Shown here in pieces: positions 39,809 to 49,678 of a stretch of DNA of 57,721 nucleotides. The notes below the pieces were generated by a model that worked only from the letters and a program-made list of their open reading frames with translations, was not told the DNA's origin and ran no database searches. Origin of the DNA: Pseudomonadota bacterium (GTDB taxonomy: Bacteria; Pseudomonadota; Gammaproteobacteria; JAKAQQ01); contig JAJZYM010000009.1 of the NCBI GenBank assembly GCA_021798115.1, positions 1 to 57,721 on the forward strand, given 5' to 3'. The translations under genes were made by a program, and so were the position numbers. Within the stretch, counting starts at the first letter, position 1. Each line of letters opens with the position of its first letter.

Positions 39809-40945
39809 TCAGAGGAAGCTCGGCCGCTCGTTCGATCCCAGGGGGAACGGGCGGCGCGCGCGGACCGGCCGGGCGTGTTCGGGAAGGTGACGCGGGCGCA
39901 ATCCGCGCAGCGCGGTGATCCGCGCTTCGGCCAGGCGATCGGCTGCGAGCCAGGTCGGGATGGACTGCTCCTGGGCGTAGTTGAAAATGCGGGTCATGAT
40001 GTCGTAGATCCGCCCGACGTGACGCTCGGCACGCGCGCGTTCGTAGCCCTCGAGTTCGTAGGCGACGTTGATGAGCCCGCCGGCGTTGATCGCGTAATCG
40101 GGCGCGTAGAGGATGCTCTTCCGCCCAAGTTCCGTGCCGCACTCCGTCGTGGCGAGCTGGTTGTTGGCGCTTCCGGCGACAATGCGGCAGCGAAGACGCG
40201 GAATCGTCTTTTCGTTGATGCTGGCGCCGAGGGCGCAGGGGGCGAAGACGTCGGCCTTGACATCGTAGATCTCTTCCGGCTTGACGATCTCGAGATCCGG
40301 GACGATCTCTTTCGCCTGCGCGAGTCGTTCGGCATCCACGTCGGTGGCGGTCACGTGAGCCCCCTCGTCGCGGATCATGCGTGCCAGGTGCTGGCCGACG
40401 TGTCCGACGCCCTGAACGGCGACGCTGCGTCCCTGGAGATCCGGGGTACCGAAGACCCGCACGAGGGCGGCCTTGAGTCCTTGGAAGGCGCCCCAGGCCG
40501 TGAACGGTGAGGGATCACCGCTTCCGCCCTGCTCGGTGCGGAGGCCCACGACCTCGTCGGTTTCCTGGTGGATGAACTCCATGTCGTCGACCGTGGTGTT
40601 GACGTCCTCGGCCGTGATGTAGCGCCCGCCGAGGGCCGCCACACAGCGGCCGAAAGCGCGGAAGAGGGCCTCGCCCTTGTCGCCCGGCTTGGCGATGATG
40701 ACGGACTTTCCCCCCCCGAGGTTGAGCCCGGCGATCGCCGCCTTGTAGGTCATCCCGCGCGAGAGGCGCAGGACGTCGGTGAGGGCTTCTTCGTCCGAGG
40801 CGTAGGGCCAGAGCCGACAGCCGCCGAGCGCGGGGCCGAGCGTCGTGTCGTGGATGGCGATGATGGACTTGAGGCCGCTGACCGGGTCGTGGAAGTACGA
40901 GATCTGCTCGTGCTCGACAAACTCGCGGTGATCGAAAAGACTCAT
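39809..40945 (-). CDS. Leucine dehydrogenase (Glu/Leu/Phe/Val family)
   Basis: HDTTLGPALGG, GMTYK, GGGK, YITAEDV, GDPSPFTA, QGVGHVG, NAGG; AAGGAG RBS. Confidence 0.93.
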   Translation of the reverse strand: MSLFDHREFVEHEQISYFHDPVSGLKSIIAIHDTTLGPALGGCRLWPYASDEEALTDVLRLSRGMTYKAAIAGLNLGGGKSVIIAKPGDKGEALFRAFGRCVAALGGRYITAEDVNTTVDDMEFIHQETDEVVGLRTEQGGSGDPSPFTAWGAFQGLKAALVRVFGTPDLQGRSVAVQGVGHVGQHLARMIRDEGAHVTATDVDAERLAQAKEIVPDLEIVKPEEIYDVKADVFAPCALGASINEKTIPRLRCRIVAGSANNQLATTECGTELGRKSILYAPDYAINAGGLINVAYELEGYERARAERHVGRIYDIMTRIFNYAQEQSIPTWLAADRLAEARITALRGLRPRHLPEHARPVRARRPFPLGSNERPSFL

Positions 40946-41152
40946 GACAGCTCCTTGAGGAGATCGGGGACGCCCGCTGCAGCACGATCCCCCCGTCGCG
41001 ATCGAAGGGGAGCACAAGCGGTGCAGCGTGCACAAACGCGAATTATACGGCTCCCGCTCGGCTCCTCGGGCCGGGCGCCCCGCGACGGAGGGAAGAAGGG
41101 ACGTGATCTCTATAGAATGTAACGAGGTAGTGATCGTGTCGGAGGTCGCCGA

Positions 41153-44100
41153 ATGGGCGCCATGGCCGAGTCTCGGATCCGCCCCGATCCGGCGGGGGGG
41201 CGACCGCTGCGCTTCGTCACCGCGGCCTCGCTCTTCGACGGACACGACGCGGCCATCAATCTCATCCGCCGTCTCCTGATTGCCCAGGGGGCCGAGGTGG
41301 TTCATCTGGGCCACAACCGCTCGGTGGCCGAGATCGTGCACGCGGCGCTTTGCGAGGACGCCGACGCCATTGCGGTCAGTTCCTATCAGGGCGGGCACAT
41401 GGAGTACTTCCGCTACATGCTCGAGCGCCTTCGGGACGCTCGGGCCTCGGACATTCTCCTCTTCGTGGGCGGGGGCGGGACGATCAGCGCCGAGGAGCGC
41501 GCCACGCTCGAGGCCCAGGGGGTGGCGAAAGTCTACAGTCCTGCCGACGGCATGCGGCTCGGTCTCAAGGGCATGATCGAGGACATGTTTTCGCGCGTCC
41601 GGGCTGTCGGTCGAAGCCCGCGTCCCCCGGAGAGGGGCGAGAAGATCAGCCCGAGTGATCCGCGGCGGCTTGGCCAGATTCTCGAATGGCTCAACGGGAC
41701 GCCCGTCCCCGAGGAGCACGCCCGCCTGCTCGCGGATTGGCGCCGGCGGCGCGGCGCGGCTCTGGTCCTCGGGGTCACCGGGCCGGGGGGAGCGGGCAAG
41801 AGCAGCCTCGTCGACGAGCTTCTCCTCCGCTTCACGCTCGCGTTCCCTGATCTCTGCCAGGGGGTGCTCGCGATCGATCCGACACGCGAGCGGACGGGCG
41901 GCGCCCTCCTCGGCGACCGCATCCGCATGAACAGCCTGAACAAGGGGGCGATCTTCATGCATTCGGTGGCGACCCGCGGTGGGGCTTCGGCGACGACCGA
42001 ACGCCTCGGCGAGATGATCGATTTCCTGCGCACGCAGGATTTCGATCTTCTCTGGGTCGAGACGGCCGGTTCGGGTCAGGCCGACACGGCCGTCTCCAAG
42101 CTTGCCGACGCGACGCTTTACGTGATGACGGCGGAGTACGGCGGCGCTCTTCAGCTCGAGAAGCTCGCCATGCTCGATCACGCCGATTGGGTCGCACTCA
42201 ACAAGTTCGAGAAGAGCGGCTCGCAAGACGCCCTGCGCGACGTGGCCAAGCAGTGGCGCCGCAACCACGAGGCTTTCGCCCTGCCCGACGAGGACGTCCC
42301 TGTCTACGCCACGCTGGCCGCCCGTGTCCAGGATCCCGGGGTGAACCGTCTCTTCCGCGGCATCTGCGCGACCCTCGTCCGTAAGGACGTGCACCGTCCC
42401 GATCGCTGGCGCGAAAGCGTCGATTGGCCCACGGGTCTTCCCGACCGCCGGGGTCTCATTCCCGAGAGCCGTCGCACGCACCTCGCCGAAATCGCCGAGC
42501 GCGGCCGTGACGAGGCCCGCCGCCTGGATGTCCGCGCTCAGGCGGCCGCCCGGGCGCAGCACTGCTACGAGGCGCTCGGCGTGCTTGGCGACCCCCTGCG
42601 TCCGACCGCGCTCGAGCGCTACCCGGCCGACGCCCTCGCCGAGTCCGGTGATCGCGGAGGTCTTCGCCGCGCCTACAACGAGGCGCTCGACGCCTTGGGC
42701 GAGGAGGCGCGGGAGGCGCTTCGTGGTTGGGAGGCGTTGCTCGAGGAACGTCGGCGTCCGCGCTACCGCTACACGGTTCGCGGACGGCCGATCGAAGGCG
42801 ACAACTACACGCCGACCCTTTCCGGGCTCAACGTTCCCAAGGTTGCGCTCCCGCGCTTCGCCTCGTGGGCGGAGCGGGTCGATTTTCTCGGGCGCGAAAA
42901 CCTTCCGGGGGCCTTCCCGTTCACGGCGGGGGTGTACCCTTACCGTCGGACAGAGGAAGATCCGACCCGGATGTTCGCGGGCGAGGGGACCCCCGAGCGG
43001 ACCAACCGTCGCTTTCACTACCTCGCTCGGGCTCAGAAAGCCGTCCGTCTTTCCACCGCCTTTGATTCCGCCACGCTCTACGGGGAAGACCCCGATCCAC
43101 GCCCCGACATCTACGGGCGGATCGGGAACTCCGGGGTGTCGATCGCCACGCTCGACGACATGAAACGTCTTTATTCGGGCTTTGATCTCCTGGCGTCGAG
43201 CACCTCGGTTTCGATGACGATCAACGGACCGGCGCCCGTGCTTCTCGCTCTCTTCCTCAATACGGCGATCGACCGGCATATCGAGACGGTGCTCCGCGCC
43301 GAGGGTCGGCTCGATAACGCCCTGGCCCGCGTCCGCCGTGCGGGCCCCGAACCCGTCTATCGCGGGACGCTCCCCGAAGGCCACGACGGGGGAGGACTCG
43401 CCCTTCTCGGCCTGAGCGGGGCGGATCTCCTGGATCCCGAGGAGTACGCGCGCCGGGCCGACGAAGCCCTGGCCGTCGTGCGCGGGACCGTTCAGGCCGA
43501 CATTCTCAAGGAAGACCAGGCCCAGAACACCTGCATCTTCTCGACCGAGTTTGCCCTTCGTCTCATGGGCGACGTCCAGCAGTATTTCATCGATCACGGC
43601 GTGCGCAACTTCTACAGCGTGTCGGTGAGCGGTTACCACATCGCCGAGGCGGGAGCCAACCCCATCACGCAGCTCGCCTTCACCCTGGCCAACGGATTCG
43701 CGCTCGTCGAGTACTACCGCGCGCGCGGCATGCGCGTCGATGACTTCGCGCCCAACTTCAGCTTCTTCTTTTCCAACGGCATGGACGCCGAGTACGCGGT
43801 CCTCGGACGGGTGGCGCGCCGCGTCTGGGCGCGGGCGATGCGCGACGTCTACGGGGCCGGACCGCGCAGCCAGATGCTGAAGTACCACATCCAGACCTCG
43901 GGGCGGAGTCTCCACGCGCAGGAGATCCAGTTCAACGACATCCGCACGACACTCCAGGCTCTCTACGCCCTCTACGACAACTGCCAGAGTCTCCACACGA
44001 ACGCCTACGACGAGGCCCTCACCACCCCCACCGAGGAATCGGTCCGCCGGGCGCTTGCGATCCAGCTCATCATCAACCGCGAGCTCGGCCTCCACAAGAA

Positions 44101-44581
44101 CGAGAATCCGCTCCAGGGGTCCTTCGTCATCGACGCCCTGACCGACCTTGTCGAGGAGCAGGTCTACCGGGAGTTCGACCGTCTGGCCGAACGCGGGGGG
44201 GTGCTTGGCGCGATGGAGTCCATGTACCAGCGCGGCAAGATCCAGGAAGAGAGTCTCCTCTACGAGCGCCGCAAGCACGACGGATCGCTGCCGATCGTCG
44301 GGGTGAACACCTTTCTCGCCCCGGCGCGTGAGGCGGAGGAGCCCGCCGTGGCCCTCATCCGCTCCGACGAGGCGGAAAAGCAGGCGCAGATCGAGGGACT
44401 GCGGGCGTTTCACGCCCGCCATGCCGAACGGGCCCCCGCCGCGCTCGAGCGTCTCAAGGCGGCCGCACGGCGGGGCGAGAACACCTTCACGGTGCTCATG
44501 GAGGCGGTGCGCTGCTGCTCCCTCGGCCAGATCACCCACGCCTTCTACGAGGTCGGCGGGCGTTATCGGCGCGCGCTGTGA
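41153..44581 (+). CDS. icmF: Fused isobutyryl-CoA mutase / MeaB-type GTPase
   Basis: N-terminal B12 domain (SLFDGHD), G-domain (GPGGAGKSS, LLGDRIRM, NKFE), mutase barrel (PTRMFAGEG, QADILKEDQ, YHIAEAG, HIQTSGRS). Confidence 0.95.
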   Translation: MGAMAESRIRPDPAGGRPLRFVTAASLFDGHDAAINLIRRLLIAQGAEVVHLGHNRSVAEIVHAALCEDADAIAVSSYQGGHMEYFRYMLERLRDARASDILLFVGGGGTISAEERATLEAQGVAKVYSPADGMRLGLKGMIEDMFSRVRAVGRSPRPPERGEKISPSDPRRLGQILEWLNGTPVPEEHARLLADWRRRRGAALVLGVTGPGGAGKSSLVDELLLRFTLAFPDLCQGVLAIDPTRERTGGALLGDRIRMNSLNKGAIFMHSVATRGGASATTERLGEMIDFLRTQDFDLLWVETAGSGQADTAVSKLADATLYVMTAEYGGALQLEKLAMLDHADWVALNKFEKSGSQDALRDVAKQWRRNHEAFALPDEDVPVYATLAARVQDPGVNRLFRGICATLVRKDVHRPDRWRESVDWPTGLPDRRGLIPESRRTHLAEIAERGRDEARRLDVRAQAAARAQHCYEALGVLGDPLRPTALERYPADALAESGDRGGLRRAYNEALDALGEEAREALRGWEALLEERRRPRYRYTVRGRPIEGDNYTPTLSGLNVPKVALPRFASWAERVDFLGRENLPGAFPFTAGVYPYRRTEEDPTRMFAGEGTPERTNRRFHYLARAQKAVRLSTAFDSATLYGEDPDPRPDIYGRIGNSGVSIATLDDMKRLYSGFDLLASSTSVSMTINGPAPVLLALFLNTAIDRHIETVLRAEGRLDNALARVRRAGPEPVYRGTLPEGHDGGGLALLGLSGADLLDPEEYARRADEALAVVRGTVQADILKEDQAQNTCIFSTEFALRLMGDVQQYFIDHGVRNFYSVSVSGYHIAEAGANPITQLAFTLANGFALVEYYRARGMRVDDFAPNFSFFFSNGMDAEYAVLGRVARRVWARAMRDVYGAGPRSQMLKYHIQTSGRSLHAQEIQFNDIRTTLQALYALYDNCQSLHTNAYDEALTTPTEESVRRALAIQLIINRELGLHKNENPLQGSFVIDALTDLVEEQVYREFDRLAERGGVLGAMESMYQRGKIQEESLLYERRKHDGSLPIVGVNTFLAPAREAEEPAVALIRSDEAEKQAQIEGLRAFHARHAERAPAALERLKAAARRGENTFTVLMEAVRCCSLGQITHAFYEVGGRYRRAL

Positions 44582-45501
44582 GACCGACGGCCCGCGACAA
44601 TGGGGCAGAGGCGGAGGACGAGCGCCTCCTCGAACGGTTTCTTGACGCCTGCCGGTTCGCCGATGGACTCTCGGCCAATACGGTGGTTTCCTACGCCTTC
44701 GATCTCCGCGGCTTTGCCCGTCGCCTCCGCGCGGCCGGGGATCGTCTGGCGACGGCCCGCCCGCCCGCCCTTCTCGCTGGTCTCGCCGCACTTCAATCCG
44801 AGGGTCGCTCTCCGCGCAGCCAAGCCCGCCTGTTGAGCGCGCTTCGCCGCTACTACCGTTTCCTCGTCGCATCGGGGGAACGCCGTGATGATCCCACGCT
44901 GGCGTTGGCCCGCCCGCGCCTCGGGCGGCCACTCCCGCGCACGTTGAGCGAGCGGGAGGTGGCGGCGCTTCTCGAGGCTCCGGAGACCGGCACCGCTCTC
45001 GGACTCCGCGACCGCGCCATCCTCGAGATTCTCTATGCCTGTGGGCTGCGGGTGAGCGAGCTTGTGGGGATGCGTACCGCCGCCTACGGCGCCCGCCAGG
45101 GCGTGGTGCGGATCCGGGGCAAGGGGCGCAAGGAGCGCATCGTCCCTGTGGGGGAGGAAGCCCGACTGTGGCTCGAGCGTTACCTCGGCTCCGCGCGGCC
45201 GTTCCTTCTCGGGGCGCGCGAGTCCCCGTGGCTTTTCGTGAACGCCCGCGGTGGCCCCCTCACCCGTCAGGGCGTGTGGACCATCCTTCGTGCCTACGCT
45301 CTACGCACGGGGCTCGAGAAGCGGGTGAGTCCCCACGTCTTTCGCCACGCGTTCGCCACACATCTCGTCGACCGCGGTGCCGATCTCCGTGTCGTGCAGC
45401 TTCTCCTCGGGCACAGCGATCTTGGGACGACCGAGATCTACACCCACGTGGCGCGGCAGAGACTCCGGACGCTCCATCGTCGGTACCATCCGCGCGGCTG
45501 A
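44578..45501 (+). CDS. xerD: Tyrosine recombinase XerD
   Basis: LYACGLRVSEL, GKG.KER, TRQ, HVFRHAFATH, LLGHSD..TT.IYTHVA, HPRG. Confidence 0.93.
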   Translation: MRPTARDNGAEAEDERLLERFLDACRFADGLSANTVVSYAFDLRGFARRLRAAGDRLATARPPALLAGLAALQSEGRSPRSQARLLSALRRYYRFLVASGERRDDPTLALARPRLGRPLPRTLSEREVAALLEAPETGTALGLRDRAILEILYACGLRVSELVGMRTAAYGARQGVVRIRGKGRKERIVPVGEEARLWLERYLGSARPFLLGARESPWLFVNARGGPLTRQGVWTILRAYALRTGLEKRVSPHVFRHAFATHLVDRGADLRVVQLLLGHSDLGTTEIYTHVARQRLRTLHRRYHPRG

Positions 45502-45523
45502 CACGGCGCGCGTGTGCGCCGGT

Positions 45524-45847
45524 TCAGCGTTCGAGCAGAGGAAGCTTGTCGGGTTTCCCGTCCCACTCCTGGGCGTCGGGAGGCGGCTCCTTGCGCCGGG
45601 TCAGCGTCGGCCAGGTCTTGGCGAGTTCGGCGTTGAGCTCGATGAAATTCGCCTGGTCCTCGGGGACCTCGTCCTTGGGAAAGATCGCCTTGGCCGGGCA
45701 CTCCGGCTCACACAGGGAGCAATCGATGCACTCGTCCGGGTCGATCGCGAGGAAGTTCGGGCCCTCGTGGAAGCAGTCCACGGGGCAGACTTCGACGCAG
45801 TCGGTGTATTTGCACTTGATGCAATTTTCCGTGACGACGAAAGTCAT
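45524..45847 (-). CDS. fdxA: 7Fe ferredoxin
   Basis: [26 protein letters not shown]...[12 protein letters not shown]. Confidence 0.96.
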   Translation of the reverse strand: MTFVVTENCIKCKYTDCVEVCPVDCFHEGPNFLAIDPDECIDCSLCEPECPAKAIFPKDEVPEDQANFIELNAELAKTWPTLTRRKEPPPDAQEWDGKPDKLPLLER

Positions 45848-45885
45848 GACGTTTCGCCTTGCGAGGGCAGCAAAGGGCGGGGAGA

Positions 45886-46464
45886 TTATGCCACAAAGCC
45901 CTGTGTCGCCGGCTCGGCAGGGACGGGCGCGAGGGGGGCGAGCGTGGTCTCGTGAAGCGGGAAACGGCCGCGCGCGCGGTCGGCCGTGTAGCGCTCAAGG
46001 GTGTAGCGTACGCTGCGGAAGGCGAGCTCCTCCCAGGGGATCTCGTCGTTTGCAAAAAATCGGACCTCGAGTGTCTCTTCCCCTTCGGGGGGGGCGAGCG
46101 AAAGAATCCGCGCCCGGTAAAAGACGTGGACCTGATGGATGTGGGGGATGTCGATGAGCGTGTAGAGGCGGAGTATCCGCAGGCGCGCGCCGGCTTCCTC
46201 GAGGGTTTCGCGCCGGGCCCCCATGGACATCTCTTCACCGTTTTCGAGGAAGCCCGCCGGGAGCGTCCAGAGCCCCTTTCGGGGCTCGATGGCCCGACGG
46301 CAGAGAAGGACGCCACGGTGGGGGTCCTCGGGGAGCGTCCCGACGATGAGGCGCGGGTTCTCGTAGTGGACGTGGCCGCAGGCCGGGCAGACCAGACGCT
46401 CGCGGCTGTCGCCCGGAGGGACGACCGCCTGAAGGGTCTCGCCGCAGAGGAAACAGTGGGGCAT
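45886..46464 (-). CDS. Zinc-ribbon Nudix hydrolase
   Basis: C..CG and C..CG..HY.NP, then [12 protein letters not shown]....A.RE..EEAG. Confidence 0.9.
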   Translation of the reverse strand: MPHCFLCGETLQAVVPPGDSRERLVCPACGHVHYENPRLIVGTLPEDPHRGVLLCRRAIEPRKGLWTLPAGFLENGEEMSMGARRETLEEAGARLRILRLYTLIDIPHIHQVHVFYRARILSLAPPEGEETLEVRFFANDEIPWEELAFRSVRYTLERYTADRARGRFPLHETTLAPLAPVPAEPATQGFVA

Positions 46465-46506
46465 GGTTCACCTCGGCCTGCCGCCGCCCGGGCCGGCGGG
46501 AAGAGC

Positions 46507-46593
46507 TGGTGCGAGAGGAGGGACTCGAACCCTCACGATCTTGCGATCGGCGGCTTTTGAGACCGCTACGTCTACCGGTTCCGTCACTCTCGC
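46507..46593 (-). tRNA. tRNA-Leu (CAA)
   Basis: Reverse complement GCGAGAG..GGTAGAC..GCGGT-CTCAAAA-GCCGC, long variable arm, GGTTCGAGTCC, CTCTCGC-ACCA. Confidence 0.96.
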
Positions 46594-46683
46594 GACGCGA
46601 CGCGCTCGGCACGAGCCGCCCCGGCGTTCGGGCACGGCCCATTATAAGAATTCAGGCCGCGGGAGAAACGCCCCGGTTTGCGG

Positions 46684-47469
46684 TCAAAGCGTGTAGATGA
46701 GAGAGACCGACGTGTAGGTGTCGGTCTTGGCCAGGCCGGGGAGAACGTTCGAGTTGTGCTCGAGCGTGTACGAGAGGGAGATGGCGAAGTCCCCGGCGAT
46801 GTGGGCGGTGAGCGACGTCACCGCCTCCGAGTAAATGTCGTCTGTGCCTCGCGCGATGCTCAGGCGTTCGGAGAGATGGCTCAGGCGGTTCAGTTTCCAG
46901 CGGTAGCCGAGGGCCACGCGCTCGATGGCCGAGGTTCGCGCGGTTGCGTTGACGAGTACACTGTGTCGCGCCCCGACGCCGAGAGAGGCGTCGAGTTGCT
47001 GGCCCGCCGTGTGGAAAAGACGACGCCCGTAGCCGAGGGCCGCGGTTTCGCGGTGGAGATAGCCGCTGAAGGGATTGCTGTAGTAGTCGAGGAGGGAAAA
47101 GACATAATTGCTCTTCGTGAGCGCGTAGCTGGACTCCCAGTCGCCGTTTCGCGTGCTCGTGTTGACCGCGCCCTGGGCGCTGCCCTGAACGATATGAAAA
47201 TCGAGAATGTTGGTCCACGCGCTGTCGTGATTTACCAGATACACCTGCCCGTTGAAGTTGCTCGAGGACACGCTTCCGGTGGAGGCGAGGTAGCCCACGG
47301 AAACGGTCCCTTGCCAGCCTTCTTTCTTGGCGTGCTTCGATCCCGGAGGGCGCAGGCGGAGCGAACGCCAGCCGTAGCTGGCGTGGGCCAGAGGCGCAAG
47401 GCTCGCGCCCAACACGAGGGCAAGGAACGCACGCCCGAGGCGGCGGCGGGGGGGGGCGGAACACGTCAT
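46684..47469 (-). CDS. DUF481/YdiY-like outer membrane beta-barrel protein
   Basis: Signal peptide, W.G.V..GY..STG, Y..NPFSG, G.GY/GRR and terminal beta-strand SVSLIYTL. Confidence 0.78.
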   Translation of the reverse strand: MTCSAPPRRRLGRAFLALVLGASLAPLAHASYGWRSLRLRPPGSKHAKKEGWQGTVSVGYLASTGSVSSSNFNGQVYLVNHDSAWTNILDFHIVQGSAQGAVNTSTRNGDWESSYALTKSNYVFSLLDYYSNPFSGYLHRETAALGYGRRLFHTAGQQLDASLGVGARHSVLVNATARTSAIERVALGYRWKLNRLSHLSERLSIARGTDDIYSEAVTSLTAHIAGDFAISLSYTLEHNSNVLPGLAKTDTYTSVSLIYTL

Positions 47470-47515
47470 CCGCCCCAGTCTACCAAGAGTTTCACCAAGC
47501 AAGGTGGGGGGGCTC

Positions 47516-48550
47516 GTGAACATCGAGGCTTTTGACTACCCGCTCCCCGGGGCGGCGATCGCCGACCGCCCGATCCGGCCGCGAAGTGCCTGCCGACTTC
47601 TCGTTGTCGGGAGGGACACGCTTCAGGATGCCCGCTTCGGCGATCTCATACGCTGGCTCGCCCCGGGCGATCTCGTCGTGGTGAACGACACCCGGGTCTG
47701 GCACGCGCGCTTTCCGGCGCGGCGTCCCGGCGGGGGGCGCGTGGAGATTCTCCTCGTCGGGCTCGAAAGCGCCGAGCGGGCCCTCGCCCTCGTCCACGGA
47801 GCGCGTCGCCTCCGTCCGGGGATGCGGCTCGAGCTTGAAGGGGGAGCGACGGTCGAGGCCGTCGAACGGCGAGGGGAGCACTGGTGTCTCAGCGACCCTG
47901 GGGGCGATTGGGAGACACTGATGGAGCAGCACGGACACGTCCCGATCCCCCCTTATCTCAATCGGGAGGACGCCCCGAGCGACACCGTGGATTACCAGAC
48001 GGTTTTTGCCCGTGTTCCGGGTTCGGTCGCGGCCCCGACCGCGGGGCTCCACTTCGATGCCGCGCTCCTTGGCCGCTTGGCCGAGGCTGGCGTCGAGGTG
48101 GCGACGCTCACCCTGCACGTCGGGGCGGGCACCTTCAGTCCGGTGCGCACGGAACGCATCGAGGACCACCGCATGCACGCGGAGACCTACGCCATCCCGG
48201 AGGATCTCGCCGGACGACTCGTCGCCGCCCACGCGGCCGGCCGACGGGTGATCGCCGTCGGGACGACGGTCGTCCGGGCGCTCGAGAGTTACGCCCGTAC
48301 GCCGGCCGGTGGGAGGGGTGCGCCCTGGGCGGGCGAGACCGATCTCTACATCCGCCCGGGATTCCGTTTCGCCCTGGTGGATGCGCTCGTGACGAATTTC
48401 CATGCCCCGCGCTCGTCTCTTCTTGTTCTGGTCGCCGCCTTGGCGGGCCGTGAACGCATGCTCGCCGCCTACCGCCACGCCCTCGATCAGGGCTACCGGT
48501 TCCTGAGCTACGGGGACGCCATGTTCATCACCGGCCGCCATGCATTTTGA
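47516..48550 (+). CDS. queA: SAM:tRNA ribosyltransferase-isomerase
   Basis: FDY.LP, NDTRV, PIPPY, YQTVFA, AAPTAGLHF, VGTT.VRALE, TNFH.P, YGDAM. Confidence 0.96.
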   Translation: MNIEAFDYPLPGAAIADRPIRPRSACRLLVVGRDTLQDARFGDLIRWLAPGDLVVVNDTRVWHARFPARRPGGGRVEILLVGLESAERALALVHGARRLRPGMRLELEGGATVEAVERRGEHWCLSDPGGDWETLMEQHGHVPIPPYLNREDAPSDTVDYQTVFARVPGSVAAPTAGLHFDAALLGRLAEAGVEVATLTLHVGAGTFSPVRTERIEDHRMHAETYAIPEDLAGRLVAAHAAGRRVIAVGTTVVRALESYARTPAGGRGAPWAGETDLYIRPGFRFALVDALVTNFHAPRSSLLVLVAALAGRERMLAAYRHALDQGYRFLSYGDAMFITGRHAF

Positions 48551-49658
48551 GGTTTTGGCCCGGGACGGAGAGGCGCGCGTGGGGCGGCTCACGACCGCGC
48601 ACGGGAGCCACGAGACTCCCCTCTTTCTCCCCGTCGGGACGTACGGGGCGGTCAAGGGCGTTCCCGTGGGCCTCCTTCACGCGGCGGGGGTGCGGGCGCT
48701 CCTTGCGAACGCGCTCCATTTGGCGCTCCGTCCCGGAGCCGAAACCCTTGCGCGCCTCGGGGGGCTTCACGCGTTCATGGGTTGGGACGGGCTCATCCTC
48801 ACCGACTCCGGAGGCTATCAGGTGCTGTCGCTCGCCGCGCTTCGGCGTGTGAGCGAGGAGGGGGTCCTCTTCCGCTCCCCCGTCGACGGGCACGAGATCC
48901 TCTTCACCCCCGAGCGGGCCGTGGACGTCCAGCACGCCGCCGGAAGCGACATCCTCATGGTCCTCGACCACGTCCTGGCGCACCCTGCCCCGACGGAACG
49001 GGTTCACGACGCGGCCGAGCGTTCGCTGCGCTGGGCCCGCCGCTGCCTTGAGGCCCACGGTGATCACCCGGGGGCGCTCTTTGCGATCGTCCAGGGAGGG
49101 GCCGATCCCGAGCTCCGCCGCCGGCAGGTCCAGAGTCTTCGTGAGGCCCCCTTCGCGGGCTTCGCCCTGGGTGGCCTCGCCGTCGGCGAGAGCCCCGAGG
49201 AGAGGCGTGCGGTCTTGGCGGCCTGCGTTCCCGAGCTTCCGCCGGAGCGCCCCCGTTACCTCATGGGCGTCGGTCGACCGGAGGATATCGTCGAAGGCGT
49301 GCGCCACGGGATTGACCTTTTCGATTGCGTGATCCCCACCCGCCACGCGCGCAACGCCCATCTCTTCACCGCCGAAGGGGTACTGCGCTTGCGGCAGGCG
49401 CGCTACACCGAAGATCCTCGGCCGCTCGACGAACGCTGCGGCGGGCCCTGTTGCCGCCACAGCCGGGCCTATCTTCGGCATCTCGACCGCGTGGGCGACC
49501 CCCTCTTCGTGACCCTGGCCAGTCTGCACAACATCGGCTACTACACGGCGCTCATGGAGGCTCTCCGGACGGCGATTCGCACCCGTGCGCTCGACGGTTT
49601 CGAGACCGCGCGGGCCCTCGCGTCCTACGGCATTCCGTGCGATAATGCCCAACCTTAA
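48540..49658 (+). CDS. tgt: tRNA-guanine transglycosylase
   Basis: PVGT, TDSGGYQ, IVQGG, GGLAVGE, RYLMGVG, DLFDCVIPTR, HN. Confidence 0.95.
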   Translation: MHFEVLARDGEARVGRLTTAHGSHETPLFLPVGTYGAVKGVPVGLLHAAGVRALLANALHLALRPGAETLARLGGLHAFMGWDGLILTDSGGYQVLSLAALRRVSEEGVLFRSPVDGHEILFTPERAVDVQHAAGSDILMVLDHVLAHPAPTERVHDAAERSLRWARRCLEAHGDHPGALFAIVQGGADPELRRRQVQSLREAPFAGFALGGLAVGESPEERRAVLAACVPELPPERPRYLMGVGRPEDIVEGVRHGIDLFDCVIPTRHARNAHLFTAEGVLRLRQARYTEDPRPLDERCGGPCCRHSRAYLRHLDRVGDPLFVTLASLHNIGYYTALMEALRTAIRTRALDGFETARALASYGIPCDNAQP

Positions 49659-49678
49659 GGATCCCGCCCCGCGAGGAG

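Noticed and set aside
40946-41152. LiuR operator or cobalamin riboswitch between ldh and icmF
   Set aside because: No convincing TTACGT-type palindrome or B12-box could be identified by eye.
39809-44932. 1707-aa minus-strand ORF
   Set aside because: Only the last 378 aa (leucine dehydrogenase, with its own RBS) are real. The rest is the stop-poor antisense shadow of icmF.
45504-45521. Hairpin between convergent xerD and fdxA
   Set aside because: A 7-bp stem with no U-tract on either side; too weak to call a terminator.
46465-46593. tRNA-Leu as an island insertion site
   Set aside because: No integrase, repeat or GC shift downstream; the site looks empty.
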